Notes: generated from the sequence alone by a model not told the origin. Positions 9,376 to 16,335 are shown, counted from the stretch's first letter. The stretch: DNA of 17,603 bases from a virus (IMGVR_UViG_2711768068_000022); one strand, 5' to 3'. Program-made: numbers and translations.

Positions 9376-9400
9376 CAAAAAAAGCCGGATTGCTCCGGCT
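9376..9400 (-). terminator. Rho-independent terminator (minus strand), copy 2
   Basis: Same hairpin AGCCGGA-ttgc-TCCGGCT (9383-9400) followed on the minus strand by U7; directly downstream of the PerC-like gene stop (9423). Confidence 0.7.
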
Positions 9401-9422
9401 GCGTGGTGTGGTTCTGATATTC

Positions 9423-9671
9423 CTACTCAGCTAATTTGCTCAGCCCCATGTCTGCATAAGTGCGATTTACTGCATTTCTCAGGTCTGCGTAGTTCTCCGT
9501 TGGCGGCTCCGGTGGCCTCTGTGCCTTCCTGGAACATTCCAGCCGTCGCATCGTAACCTGATGCCGTTCCTTGTCTGTCTCCACCAGTTGCATGACTTCA
9601 CCCCATCGCGCCGACGCCCTCCGGTAAAAGCCTTTTGCCTCGAGTTCCTCCGCTATGCGGTCATGTACCAT
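9423..9671 (-). CDS. PerC-family-like transcriptional regulator (82 aa)
   Basis: Start placed at the internal ATG 9669-9671 with GAGGGGG SD, which avoids overlap with the SSB gene; motif AEELEAKGFYRRASARWGEVM resembles the conserved PerC core as recalled. Confidence 0.5.
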   Translation of the reverse strand: MVHDRIAEELEAKGFYRRASARWGEVMQLVETDKERHQVTMRRLECSRKAQRPPEPPTENYADLRNAVNRTYADMGLSKLAE

Positions 9672-9681
9672 CGTCACCCCC

Positions 9682-10092
9682 TCAGAACGGAATACCGTCA
9701 CCGTAAGGGTCATCGCCTCCCGCTGGTGGCTGATTACCCTGTGTGCCTGTGGTTTTGCGTCTGTTCCCGCCTGGACGTGCCGCGCGGGCACTGATTACGC
9801 TGTCTGCAATAACCTGATACCCCTGCCGTGTTTCCCCGTTCTGTCCGGTCCACTGGCTGATCTGCATGTTACCCGCCACGGTCAGGAGTTCACCTTTGCG
9901 GTGCCTTGCCAGTGCTTCGGCCTGTCTGCCAAATGCCAGGACGGATAACCACATCGTCACCGTTCCGTCATCTGCCTGGCTGCACGGAAGGGGGACCGCC
10001 ATACTCGCCATCGTCATTTGTGTGCCCTTGCTGGTGGTCTTTAACTGCGGGTCAGCCACCAGCCGCCCGTAAGCTGCAATTTGTGCTGTCAT
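9682..10092 (-). CDS. Single-stranded DNA-binding protein (SSB-like)
   Basis: 136-aa ORF; OB-fold-like pattern (GRLVADPQL...W..V..FG..AE...KG..L...G.....W) with Gly/Pro-rich tail ending DGIPF, as in the SSB acidic tail; GAGGTGG SD. Confidence 0.7.
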   Translation of the reverse strand: MTAQIAAYGRLVADPQLKTTSKGTQMTMASMAVPLPCSQADDGTVTMWLSVLAFGRQAEALARHRKGELLTVAGNMQISQWTGQNGETRQGYQVIADSVISARAARPGGNRRKTTGTQGNQPPAGGDDPYGDGIPF

Positions 10093-10101
10093 ATTGCCAC
10101 C

Positions 10102-10416
10102 TCAGTGAAGCGATCCGGCGTTGTTCTTTTTCATCTTTTTCATCTCTTCCATCATTTTTTCAGTGAGCATTACGCACTGAAAACCCATTTTTTTGATGTC
10201 TACGGGTTTCATGCCTTTGTCAGTGGATATCACAGGCAGAATATCCTGATACACATCGCGGTCAGGGTAACTAAGCACACAAAGCGCCCATGATGCCACG
10301 GGTGAGGATCCTTCGTCTGTTTCAACCCACCAGCCTGGTGTAGCTGCGCTTATTTGCAGAATCGTGATCCGTCCGTTGTGCTTGTAAAATTTTTCACCAA
10401 ATTTTGGTTCGCTCAT
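10102..10416 (-). CDS. Hypothetical protein (104 aa)
   Basis: ORF with GAGAGGTGG SD and ATGA overlap with the upstream gene; no motif recognised. Confidence 0.55.
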   Translation of the reverse strand: MSEPKFGEKFYKHNGRITILQISAATPGWWVETDEGSSPVASWALCVLSYPDRDVYQDILPVISTDKGMKPVDIKKMGFQCVMLTEKMMEEMKKMKKNNAGSLH

Positions 10417-10664
10417 GATTCCACCTCTCCGGTTTTAACGTTGATGGTTGTTACCTGTTCCGCTTCGGCAATCTCCCGTTCTGTCAGCGTGGCAAAGTTT
10501 GCCGCCGCTGTGGTCATGAATGCGCTTATCAGTTCGGGATGTGCTTTCGCGTATCCTTCCCCCGCGTGGCGGTCTATCGTTCTGATTGCCACCTTTAAGG
10601 CGTGCTCTGTCATGTCTAACGCTTTATATTTTGGCTCTGTTCTGTCTCTGTGTTTTTGAGTCAT
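10413..10664 (-). CDS. Hypothetical protein (83 aa)
   Basis: Start placed at the internal ATG 10662-10664 with GAGGTGG SD; the longer track ORF (to 10796) would translate through the iteron array. Confidence 0.5.
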   Translation of the reverse strand: MTQKHRDRTEPKYKALDMTEHALKVAIRTIDRHAGEGYAKAHPELISAFMTTAAANFATLTEREIAEAEQVTTINVKTGEVES

Positions 10665-10665
10665 T

Positions 10666-10875
10666 TGCCCACCTCTACCCACTTTTTTCGCCCACTTTTT
10701 ACGTTTTCCCACTTCGTCCAACGTGGGAAATTTGGGATTTATATCATCTTGTTTCATAGGTATTTTTTTAGTGCCCACTTTTTGGGATATATGCACGTGG
10801 GAAAGTGGGTAATTTTGTTAAAATTCCGTTAAATCGCCCACCTTTCCCACTTTTAATGCCCACTTTTTACAGTGG
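10666..10875. repeat. Iteron array with central AT-rich segment: putative replication origin
   Basis: About 8 direct copies of CCCAC(T/C)TTT plus inverted copies (ACGTGGGAAA, GTGGGAAAGTGGG) around an AT-rich stretch (about 10735-10770); lies at and just past the 3' end of the replication ATPase gene. Confidence 0.7.
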
Positions 10876-12264
10876 TCCTACATCATCACCGTCAATGTAG
10901 ATCACGTCGTCTTTTTCCAGTTTGGCTAACCATCGTTTAAGGTGTTTTGTGTCATACCCCAGCTTTTTCATATCGTCACGTAACAGCGGGATCGTGCACT
11001 TGTCGCCGTGCTGTGTGCGTGAACGTATGCATCCCCATAGCGCGGTATGGTTTTCCGTCTTGTTGCCTGCCTCCTCGATGCGCTCCAGTTCAACGGGAGG
11101 GCGCGGCTTATCCACCACCACCAGCGACGTGATTAACTCCCCGTCAGCGTCGGTAAAAAGCTCCACCACGCGTAAGTCATATGCGGCTTCTTTGAGTTCC
11201 TCCGCGTCCTTCATTTTGGTGCATGAGATAACCAGCGCTTCGCTTCCTGCGTCCTCCCTGCGTATCCGGTATTCAGCATCCAGCGAAGCACGAAATGCAC
11301 TAGAACCGCGCGCGCCTTTCGTCTCATCCTTGCCGGAATGGTGAACCACCAGCACCGTGGCCCCTGTGCGTCGTTTCAGTTCGTCACAACCACGGATAAA
11401 CGCCCCCATATCACGGGAATCATTTTCATCATTACCACCAAAGCAACGCGCCAGCGTATCCAGAATAATCATGCGAACAGGTTTACCCGTTTCCCTCTCC
11501 ACCTGACGGGCAGCGATAACCATTTCATCAACATCAAGCGGGACCGCCGGAAAGATGGGACGGTTTACCAGATACAGATTTTTCACCTGCTCACCGTGCA
11601 CAACCTCCCAGGCTTTTACACGACGCGGAACGCCGATACCGCCTTCACCAACCACATAGAGAACAGCGCCATGCGCCACCCTGCGGCCTCCCCACTGACG
11701 GCCCGTGGAAACGTGACACGCCCACGAACCCGCAAGGAATGATTTATAGGAACCGCTTGCCCCGTATATGCTGCATAGCGACGATGCCGGAATAATCCCC
11801 TTTACCACGTAATCTAATTGCGTGTCGTATCCGGCAGATCCAACGCTCATCGGTAGCGTGGTTTTTCGCTGGTGGTGTTCTTCCCCTGGCTTTTTCCCCC
11901 GCTCCCGTTCCAGATATTCGCGCCAGTTCTCCCGCTTCTGGCTGTGTATCCCTTCGGGGTAATAATTCGCATCAGTTACGCCCGCCGCCGCCAGCTTGTG
12001 CGCAATGGCATTAATATTTGATGGCCTGATGTGGCCTGCCTTGTACAGCCGGACACAATAGCGCCCCTCGTCGATGATTCTCAGGTCTGCCAGTTCATCC
12101 AGTTGATCATCAGCCAGCACAATGGGAGGCACATTATCGCCAGCCAGTCGCCCGTCCTGTTCCTGCCACTGTTTCGCATGTGCCCACGCATCACTACCCG
12201 CAAAAATGATGACTTCGGTCATCTTGTCGTAAGGCTGTTTTTTTAAGTTCGGTGCGCTTTTCAT
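10867..12264 (-). CDS. Replication protein, RecA-fold ATPase (RepA/DnaB-like helicase/primase-associated)
   Basis: 465-aa ORF; deviant Walker A (YGASGSYKS), Walker B-like MIILDT, and VLVVHHSGKD motif typical of RepA/AAA_25-type replication ATPases; ATGA overlap with the upstream ORF. Confidence 0.78.
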   Translation of the reverse strand: MKSAPNLKKQPYDKMTEVIIFAGSDAWAHAKQWQEQDGRLAGDNVPPIVLADDQLDELADLRIIDEGRYCVRLYKAGHIRPSNINAIAHKLAAAGVTDANYYPEGIHSQKRENWREYLERERGKKPGEEHHQRKTTLPMSVGSAGYDTQLDYVVKGIIPASSLCSIYGASGSYKSFLAGSWACHVSTGRQWGGRRVAHGAVLYVVGEGGIGVPRRVKAWEVVHGEQVKNLYLVNRPIFPAVPLDVDEMVIAARQVERETGKPVRMIILDTLARCFGGNDENDSRDMGAFIRGCDELKRRTGATVLVVHHSGKDETKGARGSSAFRASLDAEYRIRREDAGSEALVISCTKMKDAEELKEAAYDLRVVELFTDADGELITSLVVVDKPRPPVELERIEEAGNKTENHTALWGCIRSRTQHGDKCTIPLLRDDMKKLGYDTKHLKRWLAKLEKDDVIYIDGDDVGPL

Positions 12265-12560
12265 TTCTTGCCCCTGAATCCGTTAATCATGGTTTTCAGC
12301 TTCTGGATGTTTGCCCGTGCCCTGGCGTTGCTGGTGGGCACGTTATGCGGCGCGGTCTGTACCAGAGAAAAATCACGCCGGAACTGATAAACAGGCATCA
12401 CGCAATCATATTCGTAACCTTCACGGCGGTAAGTTACGCACCGTCCCGCCACGCCCTTAATCATTACCGTGCCGCCGTACTGGTCGCGGTAAATATCACC
12501 GCGCATAAATTTAGGGTGAGTGTTGCCACTGGCAGTTAAGCCAGAATATTTAAGTTTCAT
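12261..12560 (-). CDS. Hypothetical protein (99 aa)
   Basis: ORF with GGAGAA SD; translationally coupled to the replication ATPase gene. Confidence 0.55.
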   Translation of the reverse strand: MKLKYSGLTASGNTHPKFMRGDIYRDQYGGTVMIKGVAGRCVTYRREGYEYDCVMPVYQFRRDFSLVQTAPHNVPTSNARARANIQKLKTMINGFRGKK

Positions 12561-12565
12561 TATTT

Positions 12566-12799
12566 TTATTCTCCGGTGTGCTGTTCGTTATATCTGTCGT
12601 GCAATGTCTCTATTTCCTGCAACTCATTTATTACAGGCTCAAGAAGCGTTATTAATGATGTAATAATCCGCGTTTTTTTTGCATTACGTTCATTATCGCC
12701 AAAGGATTCAAGGCACATCCGCAATATTTCGTACATACCTTCAGCGTAAGCAAGGGCACTAAATGCGCGGTCTATTGTTTCAAGATAAATATCACGCAT
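12566..12799 (-). CDS. Hypothetical protein (77 aa)
   Basis: ORF with GAGGA SD; predicted helical; no motif recognised. Confidence 0.5.
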   Translation of the reverse strand: MRDIYLETIDRAFSALAYAEGMYEILRMCLESFGDNERNAKKTRIITSLITLLEPVINELQEIETLHDRYNEQHTGE

Positions 12800-13241
12800 G
12801 GCTTACATCCTCAGGAAATTTTCTTCTGTAACGCGCCTCTGCCACATATTCCGCATAATCGGCGGCGATATTCAGTACATCAAGTCCCGTTGATTTATAT
12901 TCTTTCGTGGAAAGTAAGAAAAAAGCCGCTCTAATAAGTTCTGGCATTGACGAAAGCGCATCAGCCGCATCATCAGGAACGCCGGAAAATTCTTGTTTCA
13001 GGGAATTAAAACGATCATCACGCATAACCCCCCCCCCATTTTCACAATCAGCAACAAGAATATTTTTAGCGTCATTCAGCGACCGCGTTGCGATGTATCG
13101 GATACATTCCAGGGCGAACGTTGTCCGGTCTTTCTGTTCTTCTCCCTGCGCAAGCTCTGCCGTGCATTCAATATCAATAAGCGCGTGCATCAGCGTAGTG
13201 AGCGCGGCGGCGGCTGCGTCCGGTGTGGTTTTATTGCACAT
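12792..13241 (-). CDS. Hypothetical protein (149 aa) containing a G10 homopolymer in-frame
   Basis: Start placed at ATG 13239-13241 with AGGAGG SD (the track gives a TTG start at 13271); the start overlaps the stop of the upstream small paralog. Confidence 0.55.
   Translation of the reverse strand: MCNKTTPDAAAAALTTLMHALIDIECTAELAQGEEQKDRTTFALECIRYIATRSLNDAKNILVADCENGGGVMRDDRFNSLKQEFSGVPDDAADALSSMPELIRAAFFLLSTKEYKSTGLDVLNIAADYAEYVAEARYRRKFPEDVSHA
13028..13037. repeat. Homopolymeric C10/G10 tract inside a coding sequence
   Basis: Ten consecutive C on the plus strand (G10 on the coding strand, encoding NGGGV). Confidence 0.9.
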
Positions 13242-13404
13242 GGCACACCTCCTGACGAATACGGGCGACAAAAATCAGATGTGCGTGCGGCAGCTGTGCA
13301 CGTGCTTCGCGCTCAGTGGCAGCGGTAACGGTGAATATTGCAATACTGTCTGTCAGGCACTGCATAAAGCGCCAGACAAAATAAGGGCGTGTGAATACAG
13401 CCAT
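13231..13404 (-). CDS. Small paralog A (57 aa) of a tandem ORF family; may alternatively be the C-terminus of a longer ORF starting at 13698
   Basis: ATG 13402-13404 with GGAG SD; product shares the motif F(V/L)WRF...TEREAR...ARIRQ with paralog B; the same frame stays open upstream to ATG 13696-13698. Confidence 0.4.
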   Translation of the reverse strand: MAVFTRPYFVWRFMQCLTDSIAIFTVTAATEREARAQLPHAHLIFVARIRQEVCHVQ

Positions 13405-13690
13405 GTGAAAGGCTCCCAGATGAATTTTAAGGAGTCTCGCTACTACGCTGTCAAACATGGTGGCGAGACGTAACAGGGTTGACAGACTGGTCATCTGGAA
13501 ACCAGCGAGCACAAAGGCTCCCCCGTTACGCCCCGCCATAATGCGGGTATGGGTAGGTTTACGGACACAAAAAAACCGCTTATCGGATGTGGGCGGCTGT
13601 CCGCCAGATGTATTCAGGCTGTCAAACCCGGTCGCCATGTGGGCGACGGGGGAAGCATACAGCCCCGTGATAATTTTTTGCAAGCGGTTT

Positions 13691-14248
13691 TTACGCATGA
13701 TGTGACCCCTGACGAATACGGGCGGCGAATACAGCAACACAACCGGACGGGCAACGGCTACGCGCTTCGCGTTCCGTCCAGGCGGTTACGTGGATGATTT
13801 GATGTTCTGACGCGCCAAAGATGATAAAGCGCCAGAGAAAGGCGGTTTGAGAATGTACAAGGGTAGGGATAGTAGCCATGTTGGCAGCCTCCTCAGTGTG
13901 GTTAAGATAACCGCCACCGGAAACGCCAATTTCGCTGGTGGCGGACTGTACAGGGTTGGCGTAACCGGACACTGAAGAAACCGGCGCGGATTGCTCCGCC
14001 CCCGTACAGCCCACCATTGATAAGGTGTGACTATGCGGCACAAAAAAACACGCGGGGCGCGTGTTATGCGCTTCAGTTTTGCCCAGGACGCCAATCCCGG
14101 CACCCGTTTTATGAGGTGCGCGGGAATCATAGCTATTTTCGACACTGGCGATCAACTGGTTTTTTTCTCCGATATTCAGTGCCAGAAAACGCCACACAAA
14201 GGCAGTTTGTGTGTGTACAAGGTGTGGTATATGATTTACAGCAACCAT
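13691..14248 (-). CDS. Hypothetical protein (185 aa) with internal duplication; its C-terminal 62 aa (13691-13879) has its own strong SD and may be translated separately as paralog B
   Basis: ATG 14246-14248 with AGGAG SD and an upstream 5'-UTR hairpin; N-terminus MVAVNHIPHLVHTQTAFVWRF and internal MATIPTLVHSQTAFLWRF (GAGGAG SD) are paralogous. Confidence 0.4.
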   Translation of the reverse strand: MVAVNHIPHLVHTQTAFVWRFLALNIGEKNQLIASVENSYDSRAPHKTGAGIGVLGKTEAHNTRPACFFVPHSHTLSMVGCTGAEQSAPVSSVSGYANPVQSATSEIGVSGGGYLNHTEEAANMATIPTLVHSQTAFLWRFIIFGASEHQIIHVTAWTEREARSRCPSGCVAVFAARIRQGSHHA

Positions 14249-14339
14249 AACGGCTCCTAGTTTACGTTGTTGGTTAGACGCCCTGCATGTGTTGCGAGCA
14301 CTGCGGGGTTTCGTCTTTTCTGTACCTTGCATTAACAAG

Positions 14340-14421
14340 GTGTAAGACACAATGTAAAATAACGGTGTCTTACACGTCAACCCTTCAAAATATTTTTTTT
14401 TCGTGTATATTGTCTTACACC
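14340..14421 (+). promoter_or_regulatory. Operator/promoter region of RHH module 1
   Basis: Perfect 11-bp inverted repeat GTGTAAGACAC (14340-14350) / GTGTCTTACAC (14365-14375), a third half-site TGTCTTACACC (14411-14421), and candidate -35 TTCAAA (14384-14389) / -10 TATATT (14406-14411). Confidence 0.5.
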
Positions 14422-14441
14422 AAAAACATGAGGGGTTAAAC

Positions 14442-14621
14442 ATGGCAACGGGTCCAAAGAATGCAAAATCACAATCTGTAACTGCACGTATTGCCCATGA
14501 AATTATTGAAGGCATGGAGAACGTGAAAGAAGAAGGTGAAAGCACGGGGCAGTTTATAAACGCAGCCATGCGCGGCGAAATCAAACGCCGCCAGCGCCGC
14601 AAGACCAAAGAATCAGAATAA
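14442..14621 (+). CDS. Arc/MetJ-like ribbon-helix-helix DNA-binding protein (59 aa), module 1
   Basis: ATG with GAGGGG SD 6 nt upstream; predicted strand-helix-helix pattern (SVTARIAHEIIEGMENVKEEGESTGQFINAAMRGEI), basic C-terminal tail. Confidence 0.6.
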   Translation: MATGPKNAKSQSVTARIAHEIIEGMENVKEEGESTGQFINAAMRGEIKRRQRRKTKESE

Positions 14622-14625
14622 TCAC

Positions 14626-14670
14626 CATCAGCGCCGTGGCGTGAGGTACTACGGCGCATTGCTTTACAGG
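14626..14670 (+). repeat. Conserved 45-bp intergenic element, copy 1 (hairpin GCGCCG-N15-CGGCGC followed by ATTGCTTTACAGG)
   Basis: Near-identical to 15311-15355 (2 differences) although the flanking coding sequences are diverged. Confidence 0.7.
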
Positions 14671-14678
14671 GCAGTACC

Positions 14679-14906
14679 ATGACCAACAACACACTATCAC
14701 CAATACAAGACACGCAGACGCAAGAAGATGAAATCATTCGGCAAAGGCAGTTAGAAACCTGTGCTCGCCTTGAAGCCGAACTGGCTAATCCTCTGAATAT
14801 CCAACTAATACCGATAGAAATGAAACCTGGACTATTCGCGTTGGAGGCATTTTTAGCAAGCTGCCCACGGCGGCTAAAGTCCCGTAAGAATCGCCCGCCA
14901 GGATGA
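14679..14906 (+). CDS. Hypothetical small protein (75 aa), module 1 second gene
   Basis: ATG 57 nt after the RHH1 stop; weak SD; begins MTN like its counterpart in module 2. Confidence 0.4.
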   Translation: MTNNTLSPIQDTQTQEDEIIRQRQLETCARLEAELANPLNIQLIPIEMKPGLFALEAFLASCPRRLKSRKNRPPG

Positions 14907-15025
14907 GTACACAAAACCGAACTATGAAACGGATTATTCCGTTTCCGGGGCGTTTGTGTGTGTATAAAGAGTAAGCTATGCTCTTTTATAGCCATAATCG
15001 TTACCTCAATTAATGGTTTGGTTAG

Positions 15026-15067
15026 ACGCCCCGTATGTGTTCCCATCACTGCGGGGCGTTGTTTTTT
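15026..15067 (+). terminator. Rho-independent terminator of RHH module 1
   Basis: 8-bp perfect stem ACGCCCCG/CGGGGCGT (15026-15033 / 15052-15059) followed by TTGTTTTTTG. Confidence 0.55.
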
Positions 15068-15083
15068 GTGCTAGTTGTGTGTA

Positions 15084-15099
15084 ATGTGTATATACACAT
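15084..15099 (+). promoter_or_regulatory. 16-bp perfect palindrome ATGTGTATATACACAT overlapping a candidate -10; putative operator of RHH module 2
   Basis: Read directly; sits about 30 bp upstream of the RHH2 start; a second dyad TTGAC-GT-GTCAA follows at 15122-15133. Confidence 0.45.
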
Positions 15100-15126
15100 A
15101 AACACATTATATGGAGTGTAATTGAC

Positions 15127-15306
15127 GTGTCAACACACAAAAATGAAAGGCGTGGTAATCCTCCTTTCCAGTTCCGTTTAGATCCTGACTTACGGGAAAA
15201 GATGGAAAAAGCACAACAACAAGACGGTGATGACTCTTTAGCAGCTTGGATAAAACGAATAATCCGAAAAGAATTACAGCAACGCGGTATTGAACCCAAA
15301 GAATAA
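15127..15306 (+). CDS. Arc-like ribbon-helix-helix DNA-binding protein (59 aa, GTG start), module 2
   Basis: Not in the ORF track (GTG start, under 60 aa); GGAG 10 nt upstream; PPFQFRLDPDLREKMEKAQQQDGDDSLAAWIKRIIRKEL aligns with the P22 Arc strand-helix-helix pattern as recalled. Confidence 0.5.
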   Translation: MSTHKNERRGNPPFQFRLDPDLREKMEKAQQQDGDDSLAAWIKRIIRKELQQRGIEPKE

Positions 15307-15310
15307 AAAA

Positions 15311-15355
15311 CATCAGCGCCGTGGCGTGAGGAACTCCGGCGCATTGCTTTACAGG
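15311..15355 (+). repeat. Conserved 45-bp intergenic element, copy 2
   Basis: Same position (57-nt intergenic gap) and sequence as copy 1. Confidence 0.7.
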
Positions 15356-15363
15356 TACACACA

Positions 15364-15567
15364 ATGACCAATAAAGAATCAACCAATACACCATCGCAAA
15401 AAACGAACAGAGAGCACGAAAATATGGCGCTCGAGCATGAATCAGAAAGATTCGCTCCATGCGCTTTTGTCCTTGATGAGTTTCTAAAAAAATATTCACG
15501 TTCTGAACGGATGAAAATGGCAGCACAATACGGCCCCAACAAGCAAGGTAATTGCCCACCAGCCTGA
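15364..15567 (+). CDS. Hypothetical small protein (67 aa), module 2 second gene
   Basis: ATG 57 nt after the RHH2 stop; weak SD. Confidence 0.4.
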   Translation: MTNKESTNTPSQKTNREHENMALEHESERFAPCAFVLDEFLKKYSRSERMKMAAQYGPNKQGNCPPA

Positions 15568-15641
15568 TAGCGGCTATCATTCCCGTGCTTATGTTTGGGA
15601 TCACATACACATAAGGCGCAGCAGGTTAATTGTTCAGAAAG

Positions 15642-15669
15642 GCGGCTCCATATCGGGGCCGCTTTTTTT
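15642..15669 (+). terminator. Rho-independent terminator of RHH module 2
   Basis: Stem GCGGCTCC/GGGGCCGC (one G-U pair), 5-nt loop, then T7. Confidence 0.65.
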
Positions 15670-15810
15670 ATGCCTGAAAAACCCCAATTTTGTTGTTTTT
15701 CAGTTTCACCAGGGCGAACGAATCCCCGCCCACGTTCGGGCGCATATTCAATCTTCATGGTTATATCTCTGTATTAGTGGATGTGTGGCGACTGTGTGCC
15801 GCCAGTCTTT

Positions 15811-15999
15811 TTAGTGAACTGCCTTGCAGCTATCCTTCCAGGCCAAAACCTCAGATAAAGACCAGCCAACAGAACGCCCACCAAGTTTACGACGTGATGG
15901 GAATTGTCCGGCCTTTTCCAGGCGGTAGCGGCATGAGCGGCTAAGGCCTGTTAGCTTTTCGCATTCTTTTTCACGTATAAACCGATCAGTGCTTAACAC
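15811..15999 (-). CDS. alpA: AlpA-family (phage Xis/MerR-like) transcriptional regulator/excisionase
   Basis: 62-aa ORF, GTG start with AGGGGG SD; motif KLTGLSRSCRYRLEKAGQFP...GGRSVGWSLSEVLAW matches the AlpA family; sits next to the integrase. Confidence 0.8.
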   Translation of the reverse strand: MLSTDRFIREKECEKLTGLSRSCRYRLEKAGQFPSRRKLGGRSVGWSLSEVLAWKDSCKAVH

Positions 16000-16050
16000 T
16001 ATTGCCCCCTTTCGTTTCTTAAAGAGTTATTTCGTGTTCTATTGCGTTGG

Positions 16051-16080
16051 GATGTGTCTGATTGTGTCAGGATGATTCAG
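16051..16080 (+). repeat. Three tandem 10-bp units GATGTGTCTG / ATTGTGTCAG / GATGATTCAG upstream of alpA
   Basis: Read directly; helical-turn phasing; same TGTGTC core as the arrays at 1979-2013 and 16281-16335. Confidence 0.5.
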
Positions 16081-16160
16081 AGTTGGCAAATGTTGGTGTC
16101 GCATGGTTTACAGAAAGAGGAATAATCAGAATAAAATCATTTAAATTCATGTTAATACAA

Positions 16161-16190
16161 AGGCATAAAATCTTGTTTTATGCCTTTTTT
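16161..16190. terminator. Palindromic hairpin terminator between int and alpA (possibly bidirectional)
   Basis: Perfect 10-bp stem AGGCATAAAA/TTTTATGCCT with a 5-nt loop; T5 on the plus side, U-rich on the minus side. Confidence 0.55.
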
Positions 16191-16280
16191 CGCACGCTTT
16201 AACGCGTAATTCACTAATGTATAAAAAACCAGCTGAGCATTAAAAATCAGTAACTTACAAATCTGTATTCTTTTTGGCCT

Positions 16281-16335
16281 CTTGTTCGTGATTGTGTCAC
16301 GTTGTTGCACATTGTTTCACGTTGTATCTGTGCAC
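16281..16335 (+). repeat. Tandem ~20-bp direct repeats (GTTGTTGCACATTGTKTCAC) just 3' of int
   Basis: 15-bp ATTGTGTCACGTTGT (16291-16305) and ATTGTTTCACGTTGT (16311-16325) differ at one position, with a partial third unit. Confidence 0.55.

Noticed and set aside
10665-10796. N-terminal extension of the 10413-10796 ORF through the iteron array
   Set aside because: The extension would translate the iteron repeats (KFPTLDEVGKRKKWAKKVGRGG); the internal ATG at 10664 has a strong SD, so the shorter form was annotated.
10666-10875. Possible CRISPR array suggested by short direct repeats
   Set aside because: Repeats are only 8-11 bp with irregular short spacing and inverted copies, and there are no roughly 30-bp unique spacers; this is iteron architecture. 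The TGTCAC arrays were excluded for the same reason.
14279-14320. Terminator-like hairpin on the plus strand upstream of RHH module 1
   Set aside because: No plus-strand gene lies upstream of it. It is homologous to the true terminator at 15026-15067 and more likely serves as a 5'-UTR structure of the divergent minus-strand gene, or is a relic of the duplication.
13691-15049. 452-aa minus-strand ORF spanning the RHH region
   Set aside because: Only its last 185 codons (13691-14248) have a credible start and SD. The upstream part is antisense to the better-supported plus-strand RHH genes and translates to Cys/Ser/Arg-rich low-complexity sequence. The open frame is an effect of base composition and repeated DNA.
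15006-15758. 250-aa minus-strand ORF antisense to RHH module 2
   Set aside because: Low-complexity translation with no SD; it overlaps a plus-strand terminator and the module 2 genes. Its similarity to the 452-aa ORF comes from the duplicated DNA (the 45-bp element read in reverse).
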